A stretch of DNA of 64,000 nucleotides. Source: Sphaerodactylus townsendi (lineage: Eukaryota). Every line of letters starts with the position of its first letter. Position 1 is the stretch's first letter. The notes below the pieces were generated by a model. It was not told where the DNA came from, searched no databases, and saw nothing but the letters and a program-made list of their open reading frames with translations. Location of the stretch: the NCBI RefSeq assembly GCF_021028975.2, contig NC_059432.1, positions 68,386,001-68,450,000 of the forward strand, read 5' to 3'. The position numbers and the translations under genes are program-made. Shown one piece after another: positions 33,532-45,950 of the stretch.

Positions 33532-33644
33532 TTAACCTGAGTCCAGCAGATGCTCTTCAGGAAGGCCATGCTGTCACATCTGATATGTCCGCTTCCATCA
33601 ATATTACATTAGGTGGCATTGACATGGCACAGCCTGCTTTAATG
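33532..33644 (+). CDS. ESPNL: Putative ESPNL exon 7 (open; in-frame ATGs at 33507, 33585, 33624)
   Basis: CAG acceptor; NLSPA resembles human SLSPA; 113 nt ending in phase 0, which fits exon 8; donor GTTAAC is weak. Confidence 0.5.
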
Positions 33645-33809
33645 GTTAACAAAGTGGTACTCAGTGACTCAGATGAATATGGGTACAGCTTGAGAAAGTA
33701 GAAAGCATTTATTTTCTCATGGGCCACTAAATGAAGGGAAGCCACAAGCGTAGAAGTGATCAGATATCAGCTTATGACTTGTGTATCTGTGCAGAGCTGT
33801 AGTTTGATA

Positions 33810-34220
33810 ACATTCATTAGCTGTCCATGCCCTGCAGGACCTTGGTGAGTTCCGCAGGGCCTGTAAGATGGAGCTATTCCACCGGGTCTTTGGAGGGGCT
33901 GGCCGCGGTCTTACCGCCCCCCCACTGACACTGAGGCTGCCTGTTTTTTCCATCTTGGTTGGGCCCTGATTCCATCTTGGGCCCTGCCTACTCCCCCCCC
34001 CTTTTTTTGGCCTTCAGATTGGGCGCCTGTTTTTAAACAACTTCTGTTGTTTTAATTTATATTTAATGTTAGTAACTGCTGCTTAAGTTTTTAATGGGTT
34101 TAAGTTTTATGCTGTATTGATTTGCTGTCTCAGAGAACAGCCATGTTGTGAGCCGCCTCGAGCCCTTTGGGGGTGAGGCGGCCTATACATTTAACAAACA
34201 AACAAACAAACAAATAAATA
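33810..34220 (+). mobile_element. L2 LINE 3' end
   Basis: ALQDLGEFRRACKMELFHRVF C-terminus, 3' stem GAGCCGCCTC...GAGGCGGC and a (CAAA)n tail. Confidence 0.75.
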
Positions 34221-35084
34221 TAGATTCAATGTACACAGACTAAAATGGTTATTTTTTGTTTCCAAGCCCAACAAGGGTCTTATCCTCTCTCTGTTAGCTC
34301 AGTTGGACAAGATGTGTGATCAGATCTCTGGATGTCTCTTAGGGCCTAAGAGTCCAACCTAAGGGTCCAGCTGAGCTAACAAAGGAAAGAAAGGATTTCT
34401 TATTTTATCTCCATGTAATCCTCCCTTATAGTTAGTAAACTCATTTATAAAAAGCAACTGAAAAATTCTGTCCTATTCTACTTTGCCAATATATGTAATA
34501 CACCCAACAAATACACCCAGGCATCACACAAAAGACAGGGGGTGGAAGGGATCACCACCATTACATTCCCTGAGTGACATCATTGGGGTAAATCTCTAGC
34601 TCTCAGCTTAACCTACTTCACAAGCATGTTGTGAAGTTACATAACCTCTGGCTAATAGTTGGGACTGGCAGATCAAGAATCAATATCTGCCTTTTCCCAA
34701 ATGATAAAAATTTGCACCAACAGTGAAATGTTTAGTTCAGTTTGGTCGCTGCATCTTAAGATGGGGATACAGAAATGTAAGGAGGAAATCATGTTTAAAG
34801 GTAAGTGCTCTATTAAGGTCCAAGCATCAAATTAAGGGAACTAAAATGAAGATCCATGTTTGGTGACTGATCCACTGCTGTGGACACATTAGAGCTCAAT
34901 ACAGTATTTTAGAGCAGTGCGGTTGGTGTGACCTACTAGTTGGATTTAAACTGGTAGATGATGGGAAGGGGGATCATTAAATATTTTTAGATGTTTTAAT
35001 TTAATGTTAACAACACATTTTGAATTTGCGACTTTTTTATTTTCATTCACTTCAAGGGTCTGGGACTACCTTGTACAAACAGGG

Positions 35085-35183
35085 TGTTTGTTGTGAGGGG
35101 GGAGGGAAAGGAGATTGTAAGCCCCTTTGAGTCTCCTACAGGAGAGAAAGGGGGGATATAAATCCAAACTCTTCTTCTTCTTC
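35085..35183 (+). mobile_element. Squam3 SINE 3' fragment
   Basis: Same 3' end and (CTT)n tail as the copy at 31.2 kb. Confidence 0.7.
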
Positions 35184-36389
35184 TACTTGAAATAAAATAA
35201 ATATATGCTTAGGAAACAAAGAAGTTTCTTCTGAAATAATACTTGAACATCTAATTTCTTTGAACATTCTTAGTAGGCAAGTGACAGTGAGGATCTCCCT
35301 GACCCCAACTAATTGCTCTGAGTTCATTCGTCTCATGACTCACGGTTTTATTCTAACCCCTTAGTTGAATTACACTGTGGTAACTTATACCTGCCAATCC
35401 ATTATATCCATATATAATGAATGTATGGAGGATACTCTGATGAAAGAAGTTGTTCATGTATGTAAATCTTTGCTGAGGAATCTGGGAGAGGGTAGGAAGC
35501 AACTACATTAGCCTTGAGTGCCTGGGAAGATGGAGGATGTCTCAGACAGTCCCTGGGACTCATCCTGCTAGCCTCTAGATCTGCACTGGCCATGAAGCTA
35601 GAACATCTGAACTAAGACACTGAGAAGAATCTTATTGTTTGGTCTCTGCTAAATCCAGCTGAACACTCGCCCTTTGGAAAAAAGTCCTAGATTTTAGGAA
35701 AGGAACTGAAAAAGAAGAAAGGTGAAGACAGTTTGGGAAGCAGAGAAATCCAGATGTATCCTGCCTTCTGCCGCTAAAAAAGCTCCTGCCTCTCTGCATA
35801 TCCCTGCCATCTGATGCCCAACCTTCAAATATTAATGTAATGCTAATTGTGACTCCCTGACCTCCACTCTTTCTCCTGGCATTTGCCACACAATGCAGTC
35901 TCTACCTTCCTCTAGACGGGACTGAGGTCTCTAGTTTCTGTGCTGTTGAAGACTAATTATTCACTGGTCAGTGAAATTCTGACCTTCTTAAGGACCAGAT
36001 CTAATCACAGCAGTATTTGTTCATCTTCTATGTTGTGTTCTAAATGGGCCTGCAAGACACAGGGCCGGCATGATTGGTATGTACCTTTTTAATAATTTCA
36101 TAATTTCTGTTGACATTTTTCCTGAGCAGGGCTGTAGCTCACAGAGAGCATGGAGCCTCCTGCTGGTGATGGTGGGGCTACCATCTTTTTGTGAATTCCA
36201 TCTCTACTGTAAGACTAAAAATGTACTGTCTCATTCTCAATATGCAAGCACCATTCAAAATGTGTCAGTGTCTTGAATTCTGATCTTTTCAGAATAATTA
36301 CTTTTGAGTTTATTCTCTGGCATGCAAATTGTCTCGCTGAATTAGAATTTTCCAAGTTTAGAATCTGTATTTCTACTGCTTGGACCAGT

Positions 36390-36575
36390 AGACCAATCTT
36401 GTCAGATCTCAGAAGCTAAGTAGGATTGGCCCTGGATAGCATTTGTATGGGAAACCACCAAGGAAGTCTAGGGTTGCTACATAGAGGCACACAAAGGCAA
36501 ACCACTTCCGAAACTCTCTTGCCTTGAGAACCCTCTGAGATCACCATACATTGTGACTTGATGGCACTTTATATA
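36390..36575 (+). mobile_element. 5S-rRNA-derived SINE
   Basis: TCTTGTCAGATCTCAGAAGCTAAG...GGGAAACCACC head followed by the family tail. Confidence 0.7.
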
Positions 36576-36949
36576 CACACACATCTTGGGCTAGGAGTAT
36601 TGCAGTTAATTGGTGGGATGAAAGTTACAGGCATGTTGTTGATTATTTGAGATTATTTTGCTTCGGATGCAATGTTGTAACAAGGAATGAAAAAGAAATT
36701 TCCAGGTAGTATTTCCTTTAAATAAGAATAGGCAGTTTTTGATTAGTAAATTGCTTGTTAGTATTTCCTTTTATATATCAAAAAGACACCTGTCTAGAAG
36801 TTCTAGTGCTATATAAACACATTTCAGTTTAATGGTTAAAAAGTAGAGGATTAATCAACTAAACACTCTTTAACTGGATGACAGTCCTTCAGTGTTCAAT
36901 AGCACTATCTGCACACACATCACCCCCACCCCACCCCATTTAAGGGCCA

Positions 36950-38437
36950 GAATGATCAGACTCTGGGTCTGGGTCTGTATAGTGTCTGTGAATAGACCTG
37001 TGGTGTTGGCAGGGAGAGAGTATTGGGGGGAAAGGACCATACTCTAGCCATAGAGGAGAATTATCTTTTAGGGAGAGAAGAATTCCTAGCCCAGGTACTA
37101 ATAACAGCTAATTCTTCTTTTGGACAGAGCAGGTAGAACTGAGGGAACTAAGTGAAAGTCTGGATCAGAGAGGGACAGTTCTCAGGTCAGGAAGGAAATC
37201 TTACACTGTGTGTGTGAGAAGAATCTCCATCCCTAGTTCTAAGAAGGAATTACTTCAAACATTGTGAAGTGATCCAAAAGTTCAGGGAAGTTAGAAGGGT
37301 TGACACTCTTTTTGATATAGTTTACAGGCACCAGAGTTAACATGTGAATCTCTAGATATAAGCTCAAGACAAAGCTGTGTAACATCTAGAAGTCTACTGT
37401 ATTTCAAAAACTCTGAGCAACAGAAATCAAATCAAACAGCAAAACACCATCTGAGCTGTACTTCAAGAGCATCTTCATATCTGTACATAAAACTGTACAG
37501 ATCTTTCCTTCATATCTGTACATAAAACTGTACAGATCTTTCCTTTCTGTCTTATCCTATTCCCAAAAGATGTTTAATAAAATTCTATTATTTTATTTAT
37601 TGAACTTTTTTAAAAAAAGAAAAAAAGCCTCTAGCTCTGTTATCTGAGGTAAAACAGAATGAGTGGAGTGGGAGCACCTAAGTTCCCTAAACTGGTTCAG
37701 ATATACCGTAGGTTTATTTTAAAGAAGTACAGAATGAGACAATATGGAGAAGACCTCCAGAAATTTACATTCATAGACGCATATTTAATAAAAATTCTAC
37801 TACTTTATTCGTCAAAAAAAATTTACAAGACAGAAAAAAGGCCTCCAACTATTGGCTAAAACAGCAGAGTTTGCCCAGGAATGGAAGCGTAACATTGAGT
37901 GCAGTAAAAATCAGACCTCCCAAAAAGTAAATTGCAAAAAGGTAAAACTTACATTTATTTAAGTAGATTCTGTTCACATTCCTGTTGCAGTTGAAAGAGA
38001 GCTAGAAATCCTAATCTAAAGAATATACTTCCCTATACAAGTGGGCAGCTATTTCCGGCATTACGTGAGTGCTGAGTGTGAGTATGGAATATTTGCTTCT
38101 ACAGGAGAGACCTGTAGAAGCATCTGACTCCATGCAGATGCTTGTGGAAAGTGAGACAAAGGCTACTGAGAGAGAAGAAAGAGAGGTCAGAGGTCAACTC
38201 TCAGGTACAGGCAAAGAGAGGACATCTCACCAAGAGATAACATGTATACAGCACCCCCCAATGTCCAGGCATGCTGAGTTGCTCTCACTCCAACACTAGC
38301 ATGGTTATTATCTAAGGTAAAATGGAGTGAGTGAAAGGGATGGAGACCACCTCAGTTCCCCAAACTGCTTCAGATATGCATTTGTTTTAAAGAAGTACAA
38401 GGTGGGACAATCTGGGGGAGACACCCAAAAGGTTACA
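36950..38437 (+). mobile_element. Two related LTR-like fragments
   Basis: Diverged ~130-bp direct repeat (about 37638-37770 and 38306-38437), both ending TTACA; AATAAA near 37576; 5' limit uncertain. Confidence 0.45.
37473..37542. repeat. Perfect 35-bp tandem duplication
   Basis: CTTCATATCTGTACATAAAACTGTACAGATCTTTC x2. Confidence 0.95.
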
Positions 38438-38455
38438 TCCATGCATAAATACTCA

Positions 38456-39011
38456 TCTCTCTATATAAAAAGCTAACAGTGACTTTGTTAGTCACTCCCT
38501 AACGCCGAAACGGCTGGACGGATCGCCCCCAAATTTTCACATGACGTTCCTCCCTGTTGTGGGCAGGTAATCGGACCTTCAAATTGCTGAAAGTCCATAC
38601 CTGAGCCAGGTAAAATGTCTTTTTCCTGGCGCACCAGGCCATGAAGCTTATGTGTTTAACTGTCACCCTTAGAATGTTCGTGCAGCCTGTCTGTCTGTGG
38701 CCTGAGGGCTTGGTATGAGGGCTTAGAATGTTCGCGCAGATGGGCAGAGATGAGCATTGAAGACAGCAAATAGGTAACACTGTTAGGTAATATGACTGGA
38801 AGTGAAACACATACAAACTTTGCCGTGTGAGACACCAGGTGGGGTTTCCCCCCTCACACGCAGGTAACTTTCACTCTCTGTGCCTCACCCACTGCTACCA
38901 CATAACACACATACTTTCATACACATCCAGCTCATCCTCACACACCTCACTCTGCCCTCCCTCACATCCAACCACCACTTACCCACTTCCTCACCCATAT
39001 TCGCCACAGCT
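38456..39011 (+). mobile_element. Non-autonomous Helitron, 3' end truncated or altered
   Basis: Inserted after A; starts TCTCTCTATATAAAAAG; contains GAAACGGCTGGACGGATC..CCAAATT; ends TTCGCCACAGC; no TIR or TSD. Confidence 0.65.
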
Positions 39012-40231
39012 CTCTTTTACTAAAAGGGAGCTAGAGTTTGCCTTTTTCTTCTAAGAATATCTGCAGGGTGGGGGCAAACCAACACTACTGGCTCCGCTTC
39101 TTTTGCACATGGCCCTTTAAGAACCCAGGGAGCTGGCCTTGATCTGAACGCCTCACCACCCTGTGGCTGGAATCTTCAGAGGTGTATCACAAAGAGAAGT
39201 CTGCCAGCATGATACAGCTGTGAGCCAATCAAGAATATGTCAAGAATATTTAGTGTCATGGGGTGACATTCAAATTTGTTTTATTTTACTAATAAACAGG
39301 TCATTAAAATTTTAGTGGGTCACGAAGGAGAGGTATTAAAATAACCGGGCCATGGGGAAAAAAGTTTGGGAAATGCTGCTCTAGCACTTTGGACATTTGA
39401 GATGGTTATTAAATTAGACTCAGCAGCAACAATTTCTTAAACATAATTGTCATGCATTACTGATTTTGAGACTTTGAGCCATATTTATAGGTGGTGTCTT
39501 AAAGTTCATCCTGGTGTAATTCCCATGTATCATTAAGCCATTTTGATGTACTTATATAAAATGTTTCCCAGTTAAAATGGTTAATAGTGTGGATGTCTAC
39601 ATTTTTTTACATTGGCTCATTAAAGTGAGAAAATTCACCCATAGAACAGGAATGTTTAGGATTACCCATGAAAGACACTAGCATTTGTTAAGGTTTCAAC
39701 ATGGAACTTTGGGTTAGTAAGCCATGCTGACTCTTGATTAAAGACAAAGGCAGTTTAAAATGCAATTTAAATTAACAAATAAATGTATATTTGTCTTTTA
39801 TTCCAGCTCCAAAGATCTCTACCATACTGAAAGTGCATGAATCCAAGAAATCGGTAGCTGAACAAAAGATCAATAAATCTCTTCAGAAGGCCAAGATAAC
39901 AGCATTGTTTTCAAACTCTGTAGGTTGGACAGCAATAATTAATGTTTCTCTATTATCTGTACTTTTCTTATTCTGTGATCTCCCCCAGGGGATCTTGTCT
40001 CTCCACATCCATTCTAAGAATTATTTCACTAACTTCTATTACGTTAGACCTGGTCATTTATCTGACCTAGGGACCAAACTAATATCTACAGCAGTAGCCT
40101 CAACTTCTGCTCTTGGTAGCCCCCCTTTGATTGCTTTGGGCTGCAGTTTAATGGTTTGAGGGGAAGTCCTAGCATATCCTTCTTTAAACTGAGGTAAAGG
40201 CCCTTTACAAATACAGCCATCTTCCGTGCAG

Positions 40232-40429
40232 GATGAAAAGAGAGAGCAATCAGAAGCCACCGTACCAAGCACTCTCCTCATAATGCTGGATGAGGTGGGA
40301 GCCTCAGACATTGATGCCCTTGTGCCTACCCACGATGAGCGAGGATGTTCCATCCCAGAGTGGAAGCGGCAGGTGATGGTGAGGAAGTTGCAAGCCCAGC
40401 TGACATCTGAAGAAGGAATGAGCAGGAAG
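40232..40429 (+). CDS. ESPNL: ESPNL exon 8
   Basis: [32 protein letters not shown] (espin-family motif); 198 nt; AG/GT; phase 0-0. Confidence 0.93.
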
Positions 40430-41591
40430 GTACTATACTGAGTTAACAGTAGGAAAAAGTATCACTGCACTGCCTTTCCTATACTGCCTGACTTCCCAAC
40501 AGCTGCTTATTTGACTTCATATGTTTTTAAAATTAAAATTCCAGTAACTCCATTTTGACTGTTTCATTCCATGTGCCTGTGTAATGGAAACCCTTTTCTT
40601 GATTTTAATGCAATAGCACCCATAAATCTACCCTGTTACTGTAAGAACAGATTGACAAAGCATGTATGCAGTGTTTACGTTTGTTTTTGCTTTTTTGTAC
40701 ATGTGTCTTGCTCAATAACCAAGGGTAGACAGAGGATTTATAGAGCCCTGGGCAATATCCCAAAACCAGCCCAGCTAGGTAGAGTAGGTAGAGTCAACAG
40801 AAAATGTTCTAGCTATTCCAATCTAGAGTGCAATCAGAATTGCAGAAACAGATCTGGGTTTTGCTGAAGAAAGTAAAGCACACCAAGTTTCAGACAAATT
40901 AAGTCATATATATGGAAAAGAGAAGTTGCAGGGCCAGAGTGGCAGTGTGTGTGTGTGGGAGAGAGAGATCTCTGTAATGTCTGTGCTTGTGTAGAGATGC
41001 TATGGAGAGAAAAGGGGGAGAGGCAGAAGAGGAAGCAATGGCAGCAGTGAGCAGTATGGAGACATTCCCATCTTCTCCCAGACTCACGGCTGCTTCCATG
41101 TCACCCACGTAGAATTCAACCTTAGTTGTCCTAATTTGAATCATGCCATCGTAAATCCCCTCCCCTCCCTCCCTCCCTCCCTCCAAAGATGGGACATACT
41201 TATGTCATGCTGAGTTATACCCATGTGGCCATATTTAGAAGTGGAAACCATGCCACAGATGATGTATATAAATTAGGCTTTCCTGCAGGGTAACATTTGA
41301 TTAGTTTGGGTAGATGCAGTTCCTTAAACATGATTGTGTGTAGGGTCTCTTAAATATCATCCACATGTAGATATGAAGATATGTAGTCCTTTGATAGAGA
41401 TTGTTTTTTATTATTATTAGATGGTGCTTCTACCAGTGATTTGGAGTTGATGACACATAAGATGATTTCTAATTCTATATTTATCAGATTACTTGTTTGA
41501 CTACTAATTTGGAGACCATTGGGGGAAGGGACTTGAACTTATCTTGTCACAATTCTGAATCACATCTTCCTTGCTTTCTTTCCTTATCCAG

Positions 41592-43169
41592 AACAAGGAA
41601 GGCTGTGCTCTGGACCAAGATGATTGGCAGTATTCCCAGGCACACAATGCCATCCTGGGTCCCTATGGGGAGCTCCTGACTGAGGATGACCTTCTGTATT
41701 TAGAAAAGCAGATTGAGAAACTGCAGATAAGGAAGAGGTGCCAGGAGTATGAGAGTGAGCTAGGACACCTGACAGAGGAACTGCAGACAGTTCTCCCATC
41801 TCCCATTGTCAATATCACAGTCAACACTCAGTTTCTGCAGGAAGGATCTAAGGACAACATCCAGGAGCTCCCTGCCTGGTGCAGCCAGATGTCTGGCGTG
41901 GTGAAAAGCATGTCTCTCTTGCTCAACAACATCGGTGGAATGAAAAAAGAGGAGACTGAGACACCAGCTCCAAAGGTTCATCCTATGTCAAGAAAGGCTG
42001 ATGTTATTTCTGGAGGGTCTGCCAGGAGAGAGATCCTGGAATGTGGTGTTTCGGTAAAAAAGCTAAGGGGCAGTTTTGAGAAAAAAGCTCTCTTGGGACA
42101 AGACAAAACCTTTGAACTCCAACGATTGAAAGGCATGCCCTGGGAACATGGGACAGGTAAGGAGAAAAACCAACCAATATTATCATACATTTGTGAGGGC
42201 AAGAAGAAATGTCTTTGTAAGAACGACGGGTTTGGAGATGTGGAGAATGCCAGTGATTCTGGCATCAGCTGTGAGGAATCCACTTCTGAGATGACTGGCT
42301 CTCCTGTCTCCATAGCAGAGTCTAGCATACTCCGAAAGGAACGTATTGTGCTGCTTTTTTTAAGTCACTGGAAGAAATCTGCCTACACTCCGTCCATGAA
42401 GCTCATGGCTAGGAAGACTGTTAAATCCTCAACCCCTGTGAAGATGGGTCTGGTAGAGGTTATGGCAGACGTTAAAAAACAGCAAGCTCCTATGCAAAAA
42501 CCGTTGGTGGAAATGAGCAAGCTTGGTCATTTAGTTCGACAGAGATATGCTATCAAAAATCTAATTGATTGCTGGAAGGGCATAATCTCTCTTGTACCCT
42601 CTCAGCAGATCAGCCGCCTCAAGCACCAGCGGCACACGGTGTATTCCCCAGAACAATTTCTCCCATACGTGAATGGTAAGCCTGTTGATTACAACAGCTT
42701 AACCCTTGACCTGTTTATGCTGGGCTATTTCCACATCCTAGAGTTGGACCTCTCCCCAGAAGAACGGAAGAGAAGGCATCTGCTTTGCTTTGAAGTCTTT
42801 GACCACTTGGGAAGGTATCAATGGGAAACAGTGCGTGCCTTTCACAAAGCAGTGATTGATGAGATAGCTGCAGGCAAAAGAGGCTGGAAAGATTGCTTTG
42901 AGGACATTAAGACAAGGTTTTTCGGTAACCCAGCCAATAACAAGGAACTCAAAACATCATCTGTTGAAACAAATCTGAAATCAGCATCCAGCAATAGGGT
43001 CCAGAGTGTGGTTCTTGAGCAAGGAGATAATGTTCCATGGAAATACTTTGAGCTGGGAAGCTTCAGTAATGATGAAATCTGCAGATACATTGCAAGGAGC
43101 TTTGCCTTCTGGAAAGAAAAAGAAGCAGAGATGTTCAGTTTTGAGGATTCAGGCCATCCTTTACATTAG
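41592..43169 (+). CDS. ESPNL: ESPNL terminal exon 9 (525 aa + stop), C-terminal region
   Basis: WQYSQAHNAILGPYGELLTEDDLLYLEKQI, SDSGISCEE, LRKERIVLLFLSHWKKSAY, LTLDLFMLGYFHILE, RHLLCFEVFDHLG, RSFAFWKEKEAE; no disruptions. Confidence 0.95.
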   Translation, partial: NKEGCALDQDDWQYSQAHNAILGPYGELLTEDDLLYLEKQIEKLQIRKRCQEYESELGHLTEELQTVLPSPIVNITVNTQFLQEGSKDNIQELPAWCSQMSGVVKSMSLLLNNIGGMKKEETETPAPKVHPMSRKADVISGGSARREILECGVSVKKLRGSFEKKALLGQDKTFELQRLKGMPWEHGTGKEKNQPILSYICEGKKKCLCKNDGFGDVENASDSGISCEESTSEMTGSPVSIAESSILRKERIVLLFLSHWKKSAYTPSMKLMARKTVKSSTPVKMGLVEVMADVKKQQAPMQKPLVEMSKLGHLVRQRYAIKNLIDCWKGIISLVPSQQISRLKHQRHTVYSPEQFLPYVNGKPVDYNSLTLDLFMLGYFHILELDLSPEERKRRHLLCFEVFDHLGRYQWETVRAFHKAVIDEIAAGKRGWKDCFEDIKTRFFGNPANNKELKTSSVETNLKSASSNRVQSVVLEQGDNVPWKYFELGSFSNDEICRYIARSFAFWKEKEAEMFSFEDSGHPLH

Positions 43170-43924
43170 TAGTCTTTATTTATTAATCAGAATCTATGAT
43201 CCAGAATGCACAGAGGGGCCTGAAGCTCTGGAAAGACCAGCTATTTTTATCATTGTCATTTGACATATAATAATTATTTATTCCATGGACACTGCATGGA
43301 ATAAGCAGACACAAACTGGTAATTTTGTAAGAAGCTAGAAGTGCCTCAAGACCAAAGAGCTGGGGTGGCGGGGCGCAAACCACATGTTACACTGCAGCCA
43401 AGGGTAACATAGTCATGGTGACCCCTTTTTCAGGCTATCTGGAGAAAGGACAGAAAGATAGAGGCTGCTTAATTCTTCCTTAACCAGTTGTTTTGCCTCT
43501 GAAATTTCCCTTGCCTTGGGTATTTTACCCTTTCCAGTGTTCCCAATCTGTGTTTACTTTGTAAGCAGAGGAATGAAATCCAGTGAGCATAAAGACAACC
43601 TAGTGGTGCTGAAGATGTTCAAGGGGAAATGAAAGGGTTAAGCACTCCTTCTGTCTTCACTCTTTATTTCCTTAGAGTAGGAGCCTCCGAGGATCCATTT
43701 ACCAATTGTTTTAACTAATGTTTTCTGAAATGGCTTGAAGATATGTGTGTTGGTAGCATCTGAATGTCCACATGCATATCTCTTTGTTTTCTTAAAGACA
43801 TGTTTGATCAGCCGCCATTTGAACAAGTAAAATAATAATGTATTTAATAATTAAAAAATTGCTAGGATTCCCATGTTCCAGACACTTTCCATTAAGCGTT
43901 GAAGGGCCAGTTAATGTATGTGTC

Positions 43925-45950
43925 ACACACACAAGCCTTTATTGGCATTTAAAAACGGGACAAAGTTTTAAAACAAAACAAGGTTAAGAAATACAGTTAA
44001 AATTGCTAAAATTACTAATTTCCAGTATAAAATTTGCAACAGTTTCACAAAAGAGCACATCAGAGCTGTTCAGGAGATTGGGTATCTTATAACACTCATG
44101 CCACTGAGAACATTTCAAGAAAATGGAATTCATGTATTTCATGCGTATCTTATTGTATTTAGGGCATAGAAACAAAGAATGGTCAAGTGTTTCAACCGTA
44201 GTCCTATCACATGAACAAACTCTTTTAGAACGTTCCATATTCTCTTAAATCTTCCCTCCAACCGCAGAGCTGATGGCAGCACATTATTACATCTTTGCAG
44301 TAGCCAAGGCTACTCCCTCTGGGTTCAGGATTTATCCAGCCCAGGCTAAGATATGCTGCCATAATTCCACGCTCGCATGGGATGTCAATAATGTAGTCGG
44401 GAGAACAGGTTGTCTTGTGGCAGCCACGAGTCAAATTATGAAAATCAAGATCCAAGAGCCTATTCTTAACTAGTATGAAGGAAGGCTTCCACCTTTGGCG
44501 AAGGCATAAGGAGTGATTCCAAGGGGAAACCAATTAGCTTCAACCTTTCTAAAGATCCAAGAGTATACCATTCTGAAATAAAGTGATCTGATAACAGAGA
44601 GGGAATATAGCTATTGGATCCCACACCTAGAAAATGTATATGCAGCCAGTATATTTTATGGCCCTTATCCATGCCAAGGTTTCTAGAGTTGTTTGGCCCA
44701 TCTCAATGCACAACGCAGCATAAGGCACACATCTAGGGAGCCCCCATTAATGGTTTCAGCGAGAGGAATTTGGAATGTACATAACCAATTAAATGATTTA
44801 TTTTATTGCCTAGAATCCAAATGGGGAACGCTTTGTACAGTAGCAAGGAAGATGCCAATCCTAGCCTCAAAAAACCTTCAAAGCCGCGAGAGGAATGTAT
44901 TGATTGCCTTTACTATAAAAAAAAGCTGATATATTGCTTTCTGTCATGATGGTATGTGCCGAGGTAGTTACTGCTAGTCTCTGTAGAGGGACCATGACAA
45001 ATTATACCTATAGTAAATGCCAAAGGGATATCGGAAATATTTGGACTACTGCTCAATTTTGTGGCGCCTTTATGATTAGCCAGGACATGGGCTTCCAACT
45101 CTTAGCAAAAATGAGAACTTTAGTTTTAGCATAGGTTAATTTCCAGTCTGTTCTCTTAGCTTAATAATTAGCAAAAACTGTTACGTATTAGGCGTTTAAG
45201 GCCAATACTGGACAAGGACAATAACACTGCATCATCTGCACTTACAACATTAAAAGGAACATGGGTAAGATGTAATTTTAGGACTATGCTGCCCATTCAC
45301 AGACACTTTTCTGCAAAGCACATGAGGTAAATCATTGAGGAATAAATTGAATAAAGTGATGGGAGCCAGTCATGCAACCTTGTTTTAACCCCACGAGGAG
45401 TACTAAGATTACACTGCTGGTTAACTGACCTTCCCCAGAGCATCTTAACTTGACAGAAACAGTGTTTGGTATACACAACTGATTGATCAGGAATAGAAGT
45501 CTGGGGGTCAACATTCAGATGACTTCATCTTGTCCCACAGGAGATTTCTGCTGTCACAGTATCAAAGGCTCCTTTTTAGGTCCAAATAAAAGCAGCAAAA
45601 TAATTTAGAAGCCTTTGTAGTAGCATACTTATTTACCAGATGGGAGAGTACTAAACAGTGATCCAAGGTTGACTTATTTCTACAAAATCCTGCTTGCTCA
45701 GGTCCAATGATTTTAGTTTGATCCAGCCAAGTTTGCAATCTAATCAATAATAATTTTGAATAGAGCTTTCCAATTACCGATAGTAGACTAATTGGCCGGT
45801 AATTGGAAGGATCAGTAGGGTCTCCCTTTTTGTAGATTGGTACTAATATGGCTAATCGCCAGCTGTTTGGGATAACACCTGTGTTATTAATGATGGTAAA
45901 CACTGATATGATGGTAAACAATGATGGTAAACACTAATGATGGTAAACAC
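43925..45950 (-). mobile_element. 5'-truncated RTE-X-like LINE in the probable ESPNL 3' UTR
   Basis: RT motifs PIYKKGD...NYRPISLLS, EQAGF; C-terminal CSC...ETLDHSLFLCPKY; TGCCAATAAAGGCTT with a (TG)n tail; 6-bp TSD TGTGTC at 43919-43924 and 45951-45956. Confidence 0.85.

Noticed and set aside
36390-36480. 5S rRNA gene (also 28520-28600)
   Set aside because: Only diverged partial 5S heads fused to SINE tails.
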